Source: Ramazzottius varieornatus | Lineage: Eukaryota; Animalia; Tardigrada | Assembly (NCBI GenBank): GCA_001949185.1 | Contig: BDGG01000008.1 | Span: forward strand, 1,240,001-1,304,000 | Direction: 5' to 3' | DNA length: 64,000 nucleotides | In this document: piece after piece, positions 11,289 through 23,446 of the stretch | How the letters are laid out: every line of letters starts with the position of its first letter | Position numbering within the stretch: the first letter of the stretch is position 1 | The notes under the pieces: model-generated | Databases searched by the model: none | What the model was told of the DNA's origin: nothing | What the model saw: the letters and a program-made list of their open reading frames with translations, nothing else | Made by a program: the position numbers and the translations under genes

Positions 11289-14087
11289 CACAACAGGGAT
11301 CACAACAGGGATCACAACAGGGAGGGGAGCACTCTCGTACAGAGAAATTTCTGAGCCGCTGCCCAGATCCCTTCCTAGAGAAAATCTTGAGCGATCTTCC
11401 GACTTCGGAAATCGTTTTGCATGTTTTGATTGACAGGATTTGCTCTTGGTCATCCCGCCATCGGGGATATTTTTCTTGATTGTCCGCACGCTACAGACCA
11501 ACCCGACCCACCGTGGTGTTTGGACTCTGACGTCAGCAGGCAAAAAATGAAATCTGTTGCGTGCGTGAAATGTAAAAGGTACCGGCACAGACGATATTCT
11601 TATCGGCCTTCTGGCATCTGACCTTCATGCTGCACGTTGGAAAACGATAGAGTCGAGACAACTTCTTTGTTGTCTTCTCCTATCACAGCTGGAAAGTATG
11701 AAGAGTCAGCCAGGAAAAAACTGGAGAGATAAGAGCTTCCATCAAACACAAGCGAAAACCGTCTCCTCAGTTTTCAAATGCACCACAGTATTCTGCAATA
11801 GCGTATACCGTAGTCTGACAAAACTAACAGGAAGCTGAGAGATGTCTTCCAGTTCTTCTTTGTATCCCGCGGATGTGAGGCATATCGCTCATTTATGGAA
11901 AGTTCTTGGTCAGTCGTTTTTTGGGTCGAATAAATACACTCTGACCACTGTGGCAGGTCGCCGTAAGGCAATCGCGCATCTGTGCCAGCGAAGTCCACGC
12001 ACCATCCAGAACATCACTACGAACTGGGATTTGATAACTGGTCCACCGAGCGGAACTGCAGTCGAGAGCAACACCGTTCCGGAAGATGACGTAAATGAAA
12101 CCTTGGTCCCGGTTGTCGAGGCGGAAGAAATGGAGGGTGTCGCGGGCGTCGGTCGGCACTTGTTGTTCGTGCGATCATTCACCGGGAGTACAAGAGTAAG
12201 GTACACATCACGGTGGAATCTCTACTGCCATTGGTGGAGGAGGAAGTCGGTGTTAAGGTGTCGAAATCCACGATGTATCGTGTGTTACGTCGAATGGGCT
12301 TCCGATATCGGGATCGGTCCACTAAACACGTGTTTGGTGGCCCAAGCCTCAAAGTCAGGCGTATCCGTTACATCCGAGCGGTTCGTCAGTTTCGACAGAA
12401 GAATGCCCTGATTGCTTTCCTGGATGAGACTTGGTTAAACGACAAATACCAGTTTCGCAAGAGTTGGATCGAACTCGACAAAGAAAAATCCACCGGCACA
12501 GCCGAAATCCTGTACTAGGACTGCGGACAGTCGCATCCAAGTGGATCGGGAAAGCGTCTGGTCACTTTCGACGTGGTGACGGATAGGGGATTCGTTCCCG
12601 GATGTGGTCTTATCTGGGAAGCCTCAAAGCACACTGGGGACTACCACGGGAATTTCAACTACCAAAACTACGAGAAGTAAGCCAGTCTGTCAAATCAATT
12701 AATAAAACGTTGTGTAATCTGTTTTGATAGTCTTTTTATTCGGAAGAGATTTGCTCGTTGCACCAGGTCAATCAAGTGGCTTGATTTTGAGAAAAGTAAA
12801 AAAAAGTGGGTCAAAACTGAGTTTTTTGAGTATATCTCGCAAACCATTGGTTGGATCTTTCCGGTCCGAGCAGACAACATGAAGATGTCGACTGGGTCTT
12901 TCTGATCGTGAAAGAATTTGTGATGAAACTCTTACCGTGACGGAATGCCAATGCTTCAAGTTTTCGATGACGTCATGATAAATTTTGGCTGTTATGGTTT
13001 TAGGTTCATGGAGGAGGTGGTGGTTCCCCGTTTGGAAGAATTTGCTCGACTCCACGGATATGACAAGGTTGTGATCGTGCTGGATAACGCAAGTTATCAT
13101 TCCCGCTTGATGCCACAGTTCAGAAGACCCAAGAGAGTGAAGAAAGAAATCCAGCAGTGGCTGACGGACCATAGGATCGAGTTCGGTGCGCGGGAACTGG
13201 TGGCCGAGCTATGGCAGAAGGTGACGAACTTTCTGAAAAATCACGTGGGCGACAGGTACTACATGGATGACTATTTGAAGACCGAAGAAGGCATCGAGAC
13301 AGTTCGTCTGCCGCCCTACCACTGTGACTTCAACCCGATTGAAAAATGCTGGGCCCGCCGCAAAGGGTATGTCGCCAAGCAAAACACCACCAGAAAGCTG
13401 CCTGACCTGATCAAGCTGTGGGACGAATCTGCTGATATCTTCAAGCCAGAAGACTTCCCCAAGCTCTTCGCCCACTGCATCAAGCTTGAGGATGACTACT
13501 GGGATATCGACACAAAGGAAGACCGCATTGAGGCAGTTGGTGACGAGCACGCCGATGAGGACGTTGCTGAAGAGGGCGGAGACCTGGAGCCCCTGGATCA
13601 AGATCTTGACGATGACAATGACCTAGCTTTGCTTCCGTTTTAGTGTCTTTACCGTAGCCCGCTTGATTACGAAATTCGTCCCACGCCCGTAATACTTTGT
13701 AGATTAAAAGAAAATAATCATCCCCCATTACCATAAATTAGCCGAACCCTTATTACAACGTAGAACGTTTCCTGTAAAGACTGCGGACGGCTTGGGCGCT
13801 TGCTGTGGTACCCGATGTAAAACGCGGAAGTATGGGACAAAACTTTCAAAACAGGTTGACTGACGTCAGAGTCCAAAGACCACGGTGGGCGGGTTGGTCT
13901 GTGGCGTGCGGACAATCAAGAAAAATATCCCCGATGGCGGGATGACCAAGAGCAAATCCTGTCAATCAAAACATGCAAAACGATTTCCGAAGTCGGAAGA
14001 TCGCTCAAGATTTTCTCTAGGAAGGGATCTGGGCAGCGGCTCAGAAATTTCTCTGTACGAGAGTGCTCCCCTACCTGTTGTGATCCC
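11289..14087 (+). mobile_element. IS630-Tc1-mariner element with long (~228 bp) TIRs, Sailor-like
   Basis: 11308-11536 is a near-identical inverted copy of 13860-14087; termini CACAACAGG...CCTGTTGTG; preceded by TA. Confidence 0.88.
11698..13643 (+). pseudogene. DD85E transposase with nonsense codons, a frameshift and one intron (12677-13003)
   Basis: HTH VSKSTMYRVLRRMGF; IAFLDETWLN; GDYHGNFN; VIVLDNASYH; RLPPYHCDFNPIE. I counted 85 residues between the second D and the E. In-frame stops at ~11836 and 12516. Confidence 0.85.
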
Positions 14088-14366
14088 GACCCATGACAGC
14101 TTTGAAGACGCCCGAAACATAGCGCTAGATGAGTGGAAAAGTACGCTGCCCTACCCGGAATAAAACAAAACAGAATCTGGTTAAGTTAGCTGTGGATGTG
14201 CGAAGTAAAATCAGTAGTCTTTACAGCTCCACCCATTTTCTTTTCCACAGGATTTTTGGATACAAGAATCGAAGAAATCAAAGCAACATTGCGGAATGGC
14301 AGTCCAGAAGTGGACTAGGGCGGTCTTTGAAGCTTCACGCTGATAACCTTTGCGTAATACGCGACA

Positions 14367-14494
14367 GCGACAAAACGAGTTCACTTCACCCAGATCGGTT
14401 TTTTCTCGAAGTGGCGCACGCTCTCAGCCACCGACACAAAAGACGTGCGCCACTCGGGAACACGATCTGGGTGTAATCGTTTGCCGAAGTCTCA
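14367..14494. mobile_element. Palindromic ~124-bp family copy
   Basis: CCCAGATCG..GTGGCGCAC-N25-GTGCGCCAC..CGATCTGGG. Confidence 0.8.
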
Positions 14495-14806
14495 CACACC
14501 ATCGCACTAGCCTACGGAGGAACCCAACTGCGGAAATTGTGCCATTCAAAAGAAGACTGGAGGTGTACACAAGTGTGGAAGAAGTCTGGTCTTTCGATCT
14601 AAAACCGCAACTTCCGGGTCAAGCTCGCAACTAGCAGTTTTGACAGTTTGGAAAGACGAGTAAATTATATGAACACATAACTGGCGAAAGCGTTTAAGGA
14701 AGAGTAGCTAACTAGACATATCCGTACAGATATTGCACCATCAACGTTTTCCAAATTAGAGCTGTACAAATGAAAGAAAATATTACGAGGTATCGAGTGC
14801 CATATT

Positions 14807-15476
14807 CTATGACAGGTAAGACATGTCAGTATCGGGAGGGGGACCTTGCATGTTGGTCTGTAGCTGGTCTTGAGCAAACTGAATAAACGACTGATACTGT
14901 TCCGCCAGCTTTTCCTGTAGTGCATGTTCATACTCTTGTTTCAGTCGAGTGTCGAGTTGAGCAATTTCACGCTGGCAGGCTTCGACGGCCTGCTTGGTTG
15001 AGTACCTCGTATCGCGATCTGGAGAGTCACTCTTATTCGTTGACGTGAAGGAGGACTTTGGACTGCGTGGAGGAGAGACAGAACCACTGGAAAACAGGCT
15101 TAAAGGAGGAGGAGAAGATGAGCTTGGGGGTTTGGCAAAATGTTTAGAAGAAAGACCAGCTGAAAAGAGACGGAAACAAATTATTGATAGTAAATCAATC
15201 AGCCAAAAATACTGTAACATGGTAGGGCTGTGGAGTAATCATATCCCGTTTCTCCAATCGGATAGACAGCATGTTTAACATCTGCGTACCTGTACCAACT
15301 TCTCGGAAAGGTGAGGACAGACGTCCAGACCGAGGAGGAGATCCAAAGGAAGCGGAAGACAGGCCAAAGTCGCGATGAGGGACACGCTTGCACTGTGACG
15401 GGCCATTCTGAGCATCACCCTCTTCCACAGCATCGATTCGCCGTTTGGTCGGCTGGAATAACGTTACACAAGCCAT
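14807..15476 (-). CDS. akirin: Akirin (2 exons)
   Basis: N-terminal MACVTL..KRR; C-terminal LKQEYEHALQEKLAEQYQSFIQFAQDQ..SYLS. Confidence 0.88.
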
Positions 15477-16442
15477 CTTCGTGCGAGGACCTTCGAGGTA
15501 AGATCAGTCAAGGTTGGAACATTCCCAAACTGATATAACGAGTTGAACAAAGGACAGCCAACATCGATCCCGAGTCTTGATGTCTCCACTCACCTGAATG
15601 TTACGTAACAACGATTCGAGCTTCAGAGACGTCCTTTCTGACTTTCCGGATGCTCCGTAGTTCAGGCTAAACTGGAGATCAAAGAACACGTTCAGCTGTA
15701 TGCAGACGCATGATCCGTAATCTGATCGAAGCGAAGAAGAATGGCAACATCGAAGTTCGGAAGTTGAGAACTGGTTTAGACTTTGGCACTTTGGAATTAA
15801 GTTAATCGCTGATTCCAGTTGAAATGCCACATGGAGGGCGTAGCCTGTGGACTCCAGTTGGCTGCACTTGTGCACCGCTCAATACGTGCGCAAGAGCTGG
15901 TCTCCCGTTTACCACATGGATTGTGCGCCTGACGGAGGCGGTCCGTTCAGCCTCGCTCGATGACAACCAATCAGGACACCGACTGTCCTATGATGTCCTG
16001 AGCAACGATGCTAGAAAAGTAAGAAAACCAAAACAAAATCCGTGGCTACCGCTGGAGTATTTTGTAGTTCCGCGTATCAATCGGACGTTTATCTTCCCGT
16101 ACACATGTAGCATTCCATATCCGCAGATCACTGGAAAGAAGTCGGACCTAGCAAGGACGCTCAGGAGCAGAAGAGTAGCCCAAGTGCAACGTGACTCGTA
16201 CTGGACGTTGCGAAGTATCAAGCTGAACGGTACTACGATAATCTCGGCGCAAGTCATGAAACCTGATCGAAGCTGTCTGTGTCGTTTTTGCAGTGAACAC
16301 TTCAAGCCTCTGTTCCTGTGTGAAATGAGAAGCAATTGCGTGTCGATTCTTCTGATGCCTCGCTGGCCGAAATATGGATGGAAGCTGCAGCTTGAGTGTT
16401 TAAGAGAAGGGCTGGTAAAGCTGGCCCAGCTGGACTGACGAT

Positions 16443-19400
16443 ATGTCGACTGGCATCCCTGCACCATTCTTAAAGTTTAAAGACAAATTCCTGTGTTTTA
16501 CTTCCGGAACCAAGATGAGACGCTTGATTTCCCTCGCCAGCATACTAGGGCTCTACTTTCTTCTGATATCCCTTCGACGAGCATGGTCCAGAGAGTACGC
16601 ATCGATCATCCAGCAACTTCGTTCTTATTGTCTGTCTCTTGTGTTTGCCGACCACATATCTAGTTGTATTTCAGGGAGGAACTTCTGGTAATACCCGCCA
16701 AGCCGCCTACAAGATTCTTGCCGAAGGATTCGCCGGTTCGAGATTTCTTTTTGGGGGAAACAGCCGGGTTGGCCTTCGCGACACATACGAACGATCTCTC
16801 ATTCGTATTCCTCTATGCTCCCTGGTGCTTATTTTCTCATCAAGCGAAGCTAGAATTTGATTCGGTCGCAAGACTTTACAAATCTCAGGTATATTGTACT
16901 TCACTTTAAGATTCTGGAAGCCGTAGGCAGGACTGCAACCACCTGTTGCCTTTATTGGGGGCTTGACAAAACAACTCAACAAGATCGTTTCCAAGTGGCG
17001 CACACTTTCTGCCGGGAATACTGAAAAGGTGCGCCACTTGGACAGTGATCTGGTCGGGTTTGTTTGCCTAGGTCCCAACCTATCCCAATTATTTATGTAT
17101 TTTCTGTCTTTTCAGGCAGCTTTCATTGCCATAAACTGTGCATGGCATGCTGGACATTGTGCACAGTTTAAACGTCCGGAACATTTCCCGCTCATCGGAG
17201 CTTATATGGGTCGCCTAGGACGTTTGTTCATAACCTATCGAGGTATCGGTGATCTTCTTCGAGATTTAGACCAATAGATCAGTTGTTACGGGTTTCATTT
17301 TTCTGGTATTGTATTGCAGGGGTTCCGAACAGGTTGCACCTAAGTATTTTTATCGAAAGACTTCTGAAACCCTTCACAGTCTTAACAGCAGAGCATGACT
17401 TCAACACTTTCATCCATACGAATGAGGTCAGGTGCAAACAGAGATCATTTTAAAACTCGCCTCTTTGCATCCTGACTAGCTTGCATTATAGGTGTCCGTG
17501 GTGGCTTCTTTGGATCTATCGACTCGCCTGTCGCGCGGTCTTCGCACAGTGTGGAACGTTTCTTGCCTCATTACGCGACATGGTATATCAGCGCACGGAA
17601 GTCTCCGGTCCCGGTGTACGGTAATCTGAACCTTGTTTCCTGCAGATCCACGTGGAAGCATTGGAATGGCTGTTATCAGTAACCAGAAACTCGCGCTGCG
17701 CATTGGTTTTCCGCGTCCCGGAAGTGCGCACATATTCCGGCTGGGACAGGAAGTGCAGGTTAGTTTCTCCTTTGCAGAAGACAGAAAGGACTCTAATACA
17801 TGGTCTAGCGATGGTGTTGTTATTATAGAGAATATCACTGACGGATGGACTGGAAGATGCTCAAATAGAAGAAGCCGTGTTAGAAGTGGGCAAGAGCTTG
17901 GTAAGTCTGTCACGTGCCTTATGTGGTACATCGATGTTTGATGCTTATTGTGGGCAGCCTTTGCGATGGATTTTTCCACTGTTTCAACGGAGTTTCGCCC
18001 TATCCCAAATACTGCGAAAGAACGCGACTATGATTATCTTCACACCCTACACGAAGGGTGCAGTCTGCAATCAAATTGTGACCATCGTAAGTCGATCCTT
18101 TCTGTCACACCGGTCGAGCAGTCATGATACCATTCGTTCTGGTAGATTCAACGTTTAGTAGCTTCTTATGGAGACTGCGACAAGTCGAGCAATCTGATAC
18201 AGCTTCTCGAGTCCGACGCTCGCCGGTTCGTCCAAGAAGCCTCAGAGAAACGTCAACGCTTCGAGTACTGCCGGTCCCTTCTCAGAACATACGGCTATCT
18301 TCTGGACAAGCTTGATGTCAAGAACTCACTCCGACGGCCAAACTGCGTGTGCCTTGCAGACAGCTCTCCGTCTTCTGTCGCCGAATTTTGCTGGTCCAAG
18401 TCGCGACCATTCCGCCTACCGGTGCAAGGTACCAAACTTCATTAATACTATCACTCAAAGCGGTTGAGCACACTGGATACTCCGTGTGAAAAATCATCGT
18501 GTAGAAAACATGGGAGGCTGCGAACGAAGGCGGATGCGAAAGCAGTCAAAGCGTACGAGATCGTCAGCTCAAGTAGCACACGCTTCCAGCACATATCAGG
18601 TGCGGAAGTATGACTTGTTACTCCCCCGACGAAGATTTTCAAAAACTTCTCCTGGCTTCGAACCTCGGAATTTTTGATCAGGTTATCCACTCATACTAGC
18701 AAGGTACTTCAGTCACTTTTTCGGCATCGTATTCGTGCCTGTACTGTAAAAGAATAGGGGAAGAGCAACGATAAAGTCTCGGTAGCCATTTTTGGTAGCC
18801 TCTGCGGAAGAAATTGTTCTTTCTCGCTGGGGTGCTGAAATTCTGCGACATAGTGATAATCCTCTGGTATCAGAACCCCTCTTCCTGGTGTACGAAGGAG
18901 AGTTCCCAGTTCCACCTCCTGCAGTTTTGCGCAAGCGTTTTGTTCAGTGTGCACTCTAGAGCTGACTTGCAACAGTAGTGCTTTGAGCTGACCGAAAGAT
19001 TTCGTTTAGTCAACGGCAAGTTTTTTTATCATTCTTCCCCGCTCCAGAGAGGTTTAGTCTGCAGCTATCGTTATGCCGGGCGGAAGAATTTTTCAACGGT
19101 CTAGACTGTAAGATAGCAATCAGTAGGTAACCATAATTTTCCTATGGTGCCGCGCACGATTCGAAATTTCCTGCGGTAATTCAGCTCTTTCGAAACATTC
19201 CAACTTTTGCTGCAGAACGACCTACAGAGCCCGGTCTTTGTCACTAGTAACAATGCAATCTGAGGATCAGTTCGGTCTCACTCAGAAACGGGAGGTTACG
19301 GATAGGCAAAATTTGTGTTCATCGCACGGTGCGCGAAGTGAGCGGGGTATCAAACTCTTTGATCTTTTCCCCTTCGGGTTATGTCTAAATATCTAGCGAG

Positions 19401-19887
19401 GATTTTAGGAAGACACTTCAAACTCTCTTAAAGGTTTTGCAAGAGTTTGGAAAGGATCGAAGTCGACATGCTCCCCCTGGACGTTGTTGTCCAACTTCAG
19501 TTGCGGTCTTCCCGAGGGGTGACTTCCGACCTAGGAATCTCCAGAGCGGAGAAGACGTACCAAACCTCATACGGTTCAACCGTTAGCTGCTTGATTACGA
19601 GAAACGAAGCATATCTTAGCGCCTGTCTGGGATACGCTGATGCCTTGAGAAAATTCGAATAGTTGAATCGCCTAAAATTTTGGTTATCCATGATTCCGAC
19701 AAAACCATTCCTGCCCTACCCCGAAGCTGAAAAACTTGGGTTGACAGAACGCCAAACGATAGCTAGGAGTTGAAAGAGTGAGTGAAAAAATTCTTAGGAC
19801 AAACGGACAAGGGGGAGTGTAACTATGAATTTTTGAAGTTGACTTGTTTCCAGGAGTAACAAGTCATACTTCCGCACCTGATATCAA

Positions 19888-19936
<49 letters not shown>

Positions 19937-21812
19937 CATAGAATATATGACGAAAGTACAGTATCTGGGAAGCCGGCAAACGAAACGAACAAGCTCATGG
20001 GAGGACCGTATTTTTACAAGATTGAAAATACGAGCCTTGTTTTCTATTTAGGTTCGGGTGACTTCTCAAACCTGCCTTCGATCAGCTGCAGCGGAAAGCA
20101 AGGTTGTGTCAGTGGAATAGCCAACCGCCGCTACTACTCTCTCTGCTGTCTCCCAATGCAGGCAGAACAGCTGGACGATACACAGCGGGTGATGGCCGAA
20201 GTGGTCCGGTGTCTGCCAACCGGTGTCCGGTCGTGCAACGCCACGACCGAGCTGGCTGGTGCCAAGCAAGAACGCGCGGGAGACCTCGCAGCCCAGTTGC
20301 TCTTACAGGGCCTGAAATGCCGGACGAACAAGACGTTAGAGTTTGTGGCCATAGATCCTGTTCTTTACCCGCACTTCCTGACGAACTTGAACGTGGAGGT
20401 AGATTCGCAGCGCACAAAGCTCGTGATTGTGAATCGACAGGTACAGGTCGGCTGTGCTAGACTTGTCTTAACTGTTGCATATTGCTGAGGAAGATGTGTT
20501 GGGCTTTCGCTCTACAGATGGGAGAGACTTACGTGATGGTGGACAAATTTTCCGCCTTTTCAGCAGGTACAGTGCTTGGAAGTTGGGCTGTTTCACAAAC
20601 CGCCGTTCTCACAATTCTTTTCCCGGTGTTGAGATCCTGACGGTTTTCTTGGTTTTTTAGCGCGTTTCATCTTGAACTACACGAATGGTCAAGTGGCCAA
20701 CTATCGCAGGTCGTCGACTTCCAGCGTTCTTCCGGTTGACACCTCTGCTTTTGGTCTCGTTGGGAATGACTCTTCTCGTTCGAGAACAGTTAAAGTAGTT
20801 GATTTGTCAACGAGATCGTTCGAAGAAATGGTCAAGAACAACAAAGAGGTAAGCCCATGGTACTACTTCCGGTTCAGAATTTCTCCACCACAAATTCACA
20901 ATATCACTTGCCTGTCTTGTCGCAGTCAAGACTCAGGGCTTTTCTTGCTATTTAGGACGTACTGGTTCTCTACTATACGCCGTGGTGTTCATTCTGCAAA
21001 ACCGCTGCCGTGGCGGTCTACAACTTAGCTTCCATCTTTTGGGGAATACGCGGAATATCCTTCAAAAAGTGAGTCATTCACTTTCTCTTGTCCTCTGTCT
21101 AGTTCACTATGTTTTCGGTATAGTTCGTTCGGCTACCTGATGCACTGTTTCTTTCGCGCAAATAGGCTCAATATCCACGATAATGATCTCTCATGGGAGC
21201 ATAAAGTAACCGAAGTGCCTGCCATTCAGCTATTCACGTCCTACCGGTACGAAATAACATGCGTAATGGCTCCTCATTAAAAAACACTCTGGGAGTACCT
21301 TAGAAGATAACCACTCCGATTATTCAAGTCACGCATTCTAAGTTGACGCTCGTTGTTTTACTGTATGCAGGAACGTGGACAACATAGCGATATTCCCGCC
21401 GTCTTCCCTAATGAACCTCCTTAACTTGCTCAAATTCACCCTACTGCACGTAAGTCCCACGGTATGGCAGCAGTTCATATCGCAGCGCTGTGATAACGAT
21501 TGCTGGTTGAGGAACCAAATGTGGTCCCGGCGACTGCATCGTGTACTCGGTAAACAGGTAAAGATTACCCGAAGTGTACTTTTATACGATAAATCGTGTA
21601 ATGTTCGCTCTTTGCGTGCGCGACTTCATCGTACCAAGTCAAAGCTCAAGGTACTCCAAAAGATATTACTATCTCCCACGCCAAATGTTTTTATTGATGA
21701 CTTTTATAGCAATAGCAACCGCTCGGGAACCGGTGTACTACCCAGTCTTCGTGACTTCGAGCTTCCCATGTTTTTTAGAGAGGTTTTTGTGCAATCGATT
21801 TCTGACAGTTGA
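16443..21812 (+). CDS. TXNDC11: Thioredoxin domain-containing protein 11-like (multi-exon)
   Basis: N-terminal TM, VIPAKPP..SPVRDFFLG, FLYAPWC, FIAINCAWHAGHC, DVLVLYYTPWCSFC, NDLSWEHKV and a C-terminal coiled coil. Confidence 0.8.
16956..17077. mobile_element. Palindromic ~124-bp family copy (TXNDC11 intron)
   Basis: AGATCGTTTCCAAGTGGCGCAC-N25-GTGCGCCACTTGGA..GATCT..GTCCCA. Confidence 0.8.
18596..19881 (-). mobile_element. Full-length but decayed mariner element (1286 bp) in a TXNDC11 intron
   Basis: 29-bp perfect TIR TCAGGTGCGGAAGTATGACTTGTTACTCC with TA TSD. Minus-strand relics MDNQNFRR.. (19691) and ..LIPEDYHYV.., which resembles LAPSDYHLF. Confidence 0.85.
19891..19932. repeat. (TA)21 microsatellite
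   Basis: Read directly; adjacent to the mariner end. Confidence 0.95.
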
Positions 21813-21992
21813 ATGAACTAAAGTGACCAAACATTTTGACGTGATCTTCCAGCTAGGGATCAGGGACTTCTTATTAGGTCTCGAGGCGATGCAAATGTCG
21901 TGTTGACAGAGCGTAAAGTTTTAGGAACCATCATTCGAGGAAACATGAGTTATTGTATTAGGAACGCGAACGGAGAGGCTTGTTTGGCACCC

Positions 21993-22041
21993 GCCTGCAT
22001 ACATGCGCGCTAAAATTTCGAATGGCTAGATGTATGCAGGT
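21993..22041. repeat. 50-bp-class spaced inverted repeat (ACCTGCATAC-N29/30-GTATGCAGGT family)
   Basis: GCCTGCATAC-N29-GTATGCAGGT. Confidence 0.6.
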
Positions 22042-22168
22042 GGATGATTCCGCATGCTGTGTGCTTGGTTGGTGTCGGAGGTTCTCTCTCGGCAACCAAG
22101 ACCTATTTTTACTTTTCCAGCTAAGTTAAGTTAGTGGAAGTTTGCTCTGCGGAAGTTCAAGTTTCGCT

Positions 22169-22549
22169 ATGATGGGGATGAGAGTAGAGAGCACAAAATT
22201 CTTTCAAACACCAAGACACGAAGAAACTTCAGGCGAGAGCTCTGATGGCGAAAGTATGGATCTCCAAGAGCCTGCGTTCTCTTTCTCAAAGAGACTGGCC
22301 CGAGGGTTGTTCGTCGACGAGGATTCAACTATCGTCAACGCTCAACCCATTCGTGCATCTGCGGAGGACTTGCGGTTGTTAGAAGGGATGGCCTTCTTGG
22401 ACGCCACGGTGGGCGCAGTGCTCTTAATTGGGCTACGCCAGCTCGTTAAATTGCGACCTGCTAGACCGCGGGAATGGCTGGCTTTCTATCTTCTCAGCCG
22501 GAAGGGACCGGAAGAGGATGATTCAATTAACATAGTCAAGCGCCAGTAA
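22169..22549 (+). CDS. Dpy-30 motif protein, intronless and divergent
   Basis: FLDATVGAVLLIGLRQLVKLRPARPREWLAFYLL matches the Dpy-30 dimerisation motif pattern YLDQTV.P.LL.GL..L...RP..P.EFLA.YLL. Confidence 0.75.
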   Translation: MMGMRVESTKFFQTPRHEETSGESSDGESMDLQEPAFSFSKRLARGLFVDEDSTIVNAQPIRASAEDLRLLEGMAFLDATVGAVLLIGLRQLVKLRPARPREWLAFYLLSRKGPEEDDSINIVKRQ

Positions 22550-22712
22550 CGCCTACTTCCCGTCTCGTGAAACGACCTTTCTGACTCGTGAAATAACTTG
22601 CTGTTTTTTTCCCGGAATGCGCTGGAAGTCTTGATCGACATGTGGGTTAACCCTGTGGGAAACGTCTTTCTCTTTTGTTCCTTGTGCAGTGAGTCATTGG
22701 ATTATCGACAAA

Positions 22713-22837
22713 TGGGACGCGGGCAAATGACTTGAACCAGATCGTGATCTCGAGTGGCGCACGTATCCATTGTGGTTGGCTGAAAGTGTGCGCAACTTGG
22801 GAAAACGATGTAGTTCAATTTCTTTGCCCACGTTCCA
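22713..22837. mobile_element. Palindromic ~124-bp family copy
   Basis: TGGGACGCGGGCAAAT..CCAGATCG..GTGGCGCAC-N25-GTGCGCAAC..TTTGCCCACGTTCCA. Confidence 0.8.
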
Positions 22838-23309
22838 GTTTTTTCGGACAGACAAGTCAAAAGCGGATGACACCGGGTATCGTAGATCATGAAGACTTAT
22901 GGTCGGGCGTGACAGATTGTGGCCTCCTATTCAGAGTCGTGGATGCATGTTGATCCCTTCGCTCAACTATGATGTAAAATCGAAAGAAGGAGTCTAGCCA
23001 GTTTAATGGTTCAAGGGGAAAGGCAGGAAATAGTTATTGTCAGCTATCGTTCTTAGATGCTGCAGAATGAATTTTTGCTCGAGGATGAGAAACTCGTTTC
23101 CTCATTATATGGAACAACGCGCGTGTGTGCCTGAGTAGGCGGAAATCCCGTATTTAAGTGTAGCCTCAAGATGTCTGATGGGCGCTTTGAACCATGAGGA
23201 CTTCCCACGCGCGTGTTTTGCCTTTCAGCAGCATTCTCCCAGTCAAGCGTAGCCTCCAAACTATTTGGTGCGTGATATACGAAGGTCGCCGACTTCCTGG
23301 TTCCTTCTT

Positions 23310-23434
23310 TGTGACTGATGATTTCACCCAGATACTGTAGCTATCCCAGGTAGCGCAGGCTTCTGTTGTTACTGGTTGATACCGTGCGCCACTTTTGAAA
23401 AACGATCTGGGTGAATTCATTTGCCAACGTCCCA
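23310..23434. mobile_element. Palindromic ~124-bp family copy
   Basis: TTCACCCAGAT..GTAGCGCAG-N25-GTGCGCCAC..CGATCTGGGTGAA..GTCCCA. Confidence 0.75.
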
Positions 23435-23446
23435 CTTCAGCGATAT

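Larger units (their letters stand above)
7081..14318 (+). pseudogene. Atypical p38-like MAP kinase, copy B, disrupted by two transposons
   Basis: Same exon layout as copy A: GKRAYGKV, RAYRELL, YIHSVEVIHP|DLKPANI, DFGLARKLKVDMSHHVLTLWYRAPE, THPYF. A transposon splits the exon between YTGV and PTHDSFE. An acceptor and ~9 codons appear missing near 11180. Confidence 0.75.

Noticed and set aside
11274-14163. Duplicated ORFs 11274-11588(-) and 13885-14163(+) as paralogous genes
   Set aside because: They are translations of the two long TIRs; only the last ~20 codons of the second belong to the kinase exon.
15824-16467. 204-aa and 159-aa overlapping ORFs between akirin and TXNDC11
   Set aside because: No domain features; the position fits promoter or 5' UTR sequence of a divergent gene pair.
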